Shown one piece after another: positions 60,104-64,000 of a stretch of DNA of 64,000 bases (position 1 is its first letter; the number at the start of each line of letters is the position of its first letter). Position numbers and translations under genes: made by a program. Below the pieces are notes generated by a model. It was given only the letters and a program-made list of their open reading frames with translations, did no database searches and was not told where the DNA came from. The DNA is from an uncultured Gammaproteobacteria bacterium (GTDB lineage Bacteria; Pseudomonadota; Gammaproteobacteria; Steroidobacterales; Steroidobacteraceae), in the NCBI GenBank assembly GCA_963743995.1, contig CAVUSC010000001.1:3355-67354 (forward strand), read 5' to 3'.

Positions 60104-61449
60104 CCGAAGCCAGTTCCACCGATCGATCCGAGGCCGCGTCATCCGTGCATCCACACGCGCAAACGCAGACCTTGATGATGGAATCGTTGCCCGGCACGCC
60201 CGAGCGGATCGGCAAGTATTACGTCGTGCACGAAGTGGGTCGCGGCAGCACGGGCACCGTGTACCTCTCGCACGATCCGTTCTACGGGCGCGACGTCGCC
60301 ATCAAGCTCTATCACGCCACGAGCAGCGACGACGCCGAAAGCCGCAATGCCCGCAGGATGTTCATGGGCGAAGCGAAGATGGTCGGCAAGCTGCAGCACC
60401 CGAACATCGTGCCGATCTTCGACGCGGGCGAGGAAGACGGCCGCCGCTATGTCGTCACCGAGCACGTACACGGCGCGCGCACGCTGAGCGCCTATTGCCG
60501 GTCGGGCAGCCTGCTGCCGATCGACCAGGTCGTCTCCATCATGTACAAGTGCGCGAAGGCACTGCACTACGCGCATTCGCGTGGCGTCGTCCATCGCGAT
60601 ATCAAGCCGTCGAACATCCTGCTGACGCAGGATGGCGACGTACGCATCGTCGATTTCGGCATCGCCCTCGTCGCGGACTCCGACGTCTCGCGGCTCGAGG
60701 GCGTCGCCGGCAGCCCGGCCTACATGTCGCCCGAGCAGGTGCAGGGCCTCGAGCTCGACGCACGCTCCGACCTGTATTCGCTCGGCGCCGTCATGTACGA
60801 AATGCTGTGCGGCCAGCGGCCGTTCCGCGCCGGTGCCCTTGGCAAGCTGCTGCGCCAGGTGGTGCAGTCCGAGGCCGAGTCGCTGCGACTCGTGCGTCCT
60901 GAGATTCCAGAGGAACTCGAGGAAGTCGTCAAGCGCGCGTTGCAGAAGGAGCCCAGCAACCGCTATCGCACGGGCACCGAATTCGCTGCCGAGCTCACGC
61001 GCGTGCACCAGAAGCTGCGCGCGTCGCAGGCAGAGATCGACGACGAAGAGCGCTTCGCCGTGATGCGCAAGCTGCGCTTCTTCCATGATTTTTCCCACGG
61101 CGAGATCCGCGAAGTGATGCGCGCCGGGGTCTGGACCGAGTGCCAGCCGGGCGAGGCCGTGCTGCGCGCGGGCGACATCGATGACCGGTTTTACATCGTG
61201 GTTTCCGGCACCGTGCGCCTGAGCCGCGGTGGCGACATCATCGGCCGAGTTCCCGCCGGCGGCTGCTTCGGCGAGGCCGGCTATGCCGAAGGCTCACGCC
61301 GTGACACCGTCGTCGAGGCCGAAAGCGCGGTGACCATGCTGAAGGTGGCGGCGACTCTGCTCGAGCAGTCCTCGGTCTCGTGCCAGCTGCGCTTCCACAA
61401 GGTGTTCGTGCGGGAGCTGATCGGGCGCCTGCAGCGTGGGAAGAAGTAG
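60100..61449 (+). CDS. Hanks-type Ser/Thr protein kinase with C-terminal cyclic-nucleotide-binding-like domain
   Basis: GRGSTGTVY, VAIK, HRDIKPSNIL, DFG, SPEQ. C-terminal beta-roll FGEAGYAEGSRRDTVVEA. Start uncertain (GTG 60100, ATG 60175). Confidence 0.8.
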   Translation: MTEASSTDRSEAASSVHPHAQTQTLMMESLPGTPERIGKYYVVHEVGRGSTGTVYLSHDPFYGRDVAIKLYHATSSDDAESRNARRMFMGEAKMVGKLQHPNIVPIFDAGEEDGRRYVVTEHVHGARTLSAYCRSGSLLPIDQVVSIMYKCAKALHYAHSRGVVHRDIKPSNILLTQDGDVRIVDFGIALVADSDVSRLEGVAGSPAYMSPEQVQGLELDARSDLYSLGAVMYEMLCGQRPFRAGALGKLLRQVVQSEAESLRLVRPEIPEELEEVVKRALQKEPSNRYRTGTEFAAELTRVHQKLRASQAEIDDEERFAVMRKLRFFHDFSHGEIREVMRAGVWTECQPGEAVLRAGDIDDRFYIVVSGTVRLSRGGDIIGRVPAGGCFGEAGYAEGSRRDTVVEAESAVTMLKVAATLLEQSSVSCQLRFHKVFVRELIGRLQRGKK

Positions 61450-61715
61450 GGGAAGGGGGTGGAAGGCCCGGAAGGCCAGGAAGGCGTTAGACGCCACCCC
61501 GCCAACGCCTGCAAACCCGAACGCTTCCAGTTCCCGCATCGATAGGAAGAAGGCGCCATCGGCGCCTTTTGTGTCTGGTCAGATCCATTGGCAGGATCAC
61601 GGGTCGCGTGTGGGACGCGCGTGAGCGAAGTGGTCGCTGATTTCCGACTAACTTTCCGGGCCTTCCTGAGCCTTCCTGGCCTTCCTGGCCTTCCTAGTCT
61701 CTTTCCTTGTCCTTC
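61449..61715. repeat. second GGAAGG array / central part / CCTTCC array element, between the kinase gene and folE2
   Basis: Four GGAAGG units at 61449-61485. CCTTCC x4 plus variants at 61652-61715, running into the folE2 3-prime end. Confidence 0.7.
61550..61570 (+). terminator. rho-independent terminator of the kinase gene
   Basis: AAGGCGCC-ATC-GGCGCCTT followed by TTGTGT. Confidence 0.7.
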
Positions 61716-62518
61716 TCGATTAACGCATACGCGCTGTGATTGTGGATCGACTCGAAGTTCTCGGTCTCGACCACGTAGGCGAGCACGCGCTCTTCCGCAT
61801 TCAGCCGCATGGCCACGTCGCGGACGATGTCCTCGACGAACTTGGGGTTATCGTAGGCGCGCTCGGTCACGTACTTCTCGTCCGGGCGTTTCAGGATGCC
61901 GAACACTTCGCACGACGCTTCCTGCTCGGCGATGTCGATCAGTTCCTCGATCCACACGTGCTCGCGCACGCGGGCCTTGATCGTGATGTGCGAACGCTGG
62001 TTGTGCGCGCCGTAATCCGAGATCCGCTTCGAGCACGGGCATAGGCTCGTGGCAGCCACCACGACGCGAATCCACATCTCTTCCACGCCAGCGTGGATCT
62101 CGCCGATCAGGCTGGCGTCATACTTGACGACGCTCTCCACCTTGGTGACGGGCGCCTGCTTCATCACGAAGTACGGGAACGACATCTCGATGTGGCCAGA
62201 GGTGGCATCGAGACGCTCGGTCATTTCGGTCAGCATGGCGCGGAACGAGTCGACCGAGATCTCCCGCTCGTGCAGGTGCAGGATCTCGACGAACCGCGAC
62301 ATGTGCGTGCCCTTGAAGTTGTGGGGCAATGCGACGTACATGTTGAAGTTCGCGACCGTGTGCTGCTCGCCGCCCGAACGGTCGCGGACGCGGACGGGGT
62401 GGAATACGTCCTTGATGCCGACCTTGTTGATCGGGACCTGGCGGGAGTCGGCCCGGCCCTGGACGTCTTCGATGGGCGTCACGCTGGCACTGCCGAGCGT
62501 TGGTGAGGGGCGGCTCAT
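61694..62518 (-). CDS. folE2: GTP cyclohydrolase FolE2 (type IB)
   Basis: [31 protein letters not shown]. Alternative ATG at 62551. Confidence 0.88.
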   Translation of the reverse strand: MSRPSPTLGSASVTPIEDVQGRADSRQVPINKVGIKDVFHPVRVRDRSGGEQHTVANFNMYVALPHNFKGTHMSRFVEILHLHEREISVDSFRAMLTEMTERLDATSGHIEMSFPYFVMKQAPVTKVESVVKYDASLIGEIHAGVEEMWIRVVVAATSLCPCSKRISDYGAHNQRSHITIKARVREHVWIEELIDIAEQEASCEVFGILKRPDEKYVTERAYDNPKFVEDIVRDVAMRLNAEERVLAYVVETENFESIHNHSAYALIEKDKERD

Positions 62519-62646
62519 GGTGCGGTCCGGTCGGGAAGTACTGTCGTCCATTCGGGTGCTGGCCGAGCGTGGATTCCGGCCGTGAGCGACCAGTATACGA
62601 GACTCTGTCCGGGCCTGCCGGCGGTGCGGACCCCGTTACCCAGGCG

Positions 62647-64000
62647 TCAGGACGCCCGGCTCGCAACGGCTGGGCGACTCGAGCGGTGGTCCGCCCAGAG
62701 TCGCTGGACCTGCTTTTCGAGGCCCAACGTGTCGATTCCGGCCAGGCCCAGGCAATCCTCGCGCGAGCCGTGCTCGATGAACCGATCCGGGATGCCGATG
62801 TGGTGAACCTGGGCGGCGATACCGCAGCCAGCGAGGCACTCGCTCACGGCACTGCCGGCACCGCCGGCGATCACGTTTTCCTCCAGCGTGACGATGCACG
62901 AATGCGTCGCCGCGAGGCGGCAGACCGTGTCCTCGTCGAGCGGCTTGACGAAACGCATGTTGACCAGCGTCGCATCGAGTTTCTCCGCCAATGCGATGCA
63001 CGGCGCCACCATCGTGCCGAACGCAAGCAGCAACAGGCCCGAACGGCCCTCACGGCGAATTTCGGCGCGGCCGACCGGCAGCGCACTCATTGCGGCGACG
63101 ATCGGCGTGCCCGGGCCGGGCCCGCGCGGATAGCGCACGGCCGCGGGGCCATCGAGCGTGACTGCGGTGTAGAGCATCTGCCGGCATTCATTTTCGTCAG
63201 CCGGCGCCATCACGACCAGGTTGGGGATGCAACGCAGGAACGACAGGTCGAACGCGCCCTGGTGCGTAGCGCCGTCACCACCCACGAGACCGCCGCGGTC
63301 GATTGCAAACGCGACGGGTAATTCCTGCAGCGCGACGTCGTGGATCAACTGGTCGTAAGCACGCTGCAGGAACGTCGAGTAGATCGCGACCACCGGACGC
63401 AACCCTTCGCAGGCCATGCCGGCGGCGAGCGTGACTGCATGCTGCTCGGCGATGGCAACGTCGAAATAGCGGTCGGGGAATCGCTTCGAGAATTCGACCA
63501 GCCCCGAGCCCTCGCGCATGGCGGGCGTGATGCCGACGATGCGCGGATCGCGTTCGGCCATGTCACAGAGCCACTGCCCGAAAACCTGCGAGTAGACCGG
63601 GCCCGTCGCCTTTTCCTTGAAGATCGTGCCGGCCTCGGGGTCGAACGGACCCGGGCCGTGCCACTTGATCGGATCCGCTTCGGCGGGCGCGTAGCCCTTG
63701 CCCTTGCGCGTCACGACGTGCAGGAACTGCGGGCCTTCGAGATCGCGCAGGTTGGTGAGCGTCTTCACCAGCATGTCGAGATCGTGGCCGTCGATCGGGC
63801 CGAAGTAATTGAAGCCCATCTCCTCGAACAACGTGCCGGGCAGCACCATGCCCTTGAAGTGCTCCTCGGAGCGGCGCGCGAGTTCCCACACGGTGGGCAT
63901 GCGGCGCAGGATTTTCTTGCCGCCTTCGCGCAGCGCGGCGTAGGTCTTGCCCGAGAGCACGCGGGCGAAGTAGTTCGACAGCGCGCCGACGTTCTCCGAG
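62647..64000 (-). CDS. dxs: 1-deoxy-D-xylulose-5-phosphate synthase, N-terminus outside the window
   Basis: [31 protein letters not shown]. The frame stays open to the window edge. Confidence 0.93.
   Translation of the reverse strand, partial: SENVGALSNYFARVLSGKTYAALREGGKKILRRMPTVWELARRSEEHFKGMVLPGTLFEEMGFNYFGPIDGHDLDMLVKTLTNLRDLEGPQFLHVVTRKGKGYAPAEADPIKWHGPGPFDPEAGTIFKEKATGPVYSQVFGQWLCDMAERDPRIVGITPAMREGSGLVEFSKRFPDRYFDVAIAEQHAVTLAAGMACEGLRPVVAIYSTFLQRAYDQLIHDVALQELPVAFAIDRGGLVGGDGATHQGAFDLSFLRCIPNLVVMAPADENECRQMLYTAVTLDGPAAVRYPRGPGPGTPIVAAMSALPVGRAEIRREGRSGLLLLAFGTMVAPCIALAEKLDATLVNMRFVKPLDEDTVCRLAATHSCIVTLEENVIAGGAGSAVSECLAGCGIAAQVHHIGIPDRFIEHGSREDCLGLAGIDTLGLEKQVQRLWADHRSSRPAVASRAS

Overview
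GC-rich chromosomal segment of a Gammaproteobacterium. The gene order is classic core-genome synteny: iscS-iscA, ndk-rlmN-pilW-rodZ-hisS-yfgM-bamB-der, xseA/guaB-guaA, purL, ettA, glyA-nrdR-ribD-ribE-ribBA-ribH-nusB-thiL-pgpA, folE2 and dxs. I call about 55 protein genes and one tRNA-Ser(CGA). There is no rRNA and no CRISPR array.

The main accessory feature is a patch of about 9.5 kb directly after guaA (16993-26547). The last 17 nt of guaA recur there three times cleanly and once in degenerate form. These copies delimit tandem, heavily decayed integrative elements with no recombinase gene left. The elements retain two intact HigBA toxin-antitoxin pairs, IS91-family transposase fragments, LysR, PadR and Phd-VapC wrecks, and a three-gene cargo of uncharacterised secreted or membrane proteins.

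Other items worth a second look:
- A structured REP-like element on both sides of xseA, with a covarying hairpin; one copy supplies the start codon of an M23 peptidase.
- GGAAGG / CCTTCC arrays directly after the stop codons at two convergent gene junctions.
- A 59-nt perfect palindrome overlapping a G-quadruplex motif.
- A single DUF4145 zinc-ribbon gene next to purL.
- An orphan TagH-like FHA protein, and a Ser/Thr kinase fused to a cNMP-binding domain.
- A non-pyrrolysine MttB-family / DMGDH-like / MFS cluster.
- A photolyase-Crp/Fnr pair with two TTGAC-N4-GTCAA-type boxes upstream.

Four conserved genes look frame-broken: the IscU-like domain, rlmN, purL and the membrane protein next to purL. 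This points to indel errors in the assembly or to real decay.

All functional calls come from motif recognition by eye. No database search or computation was run.
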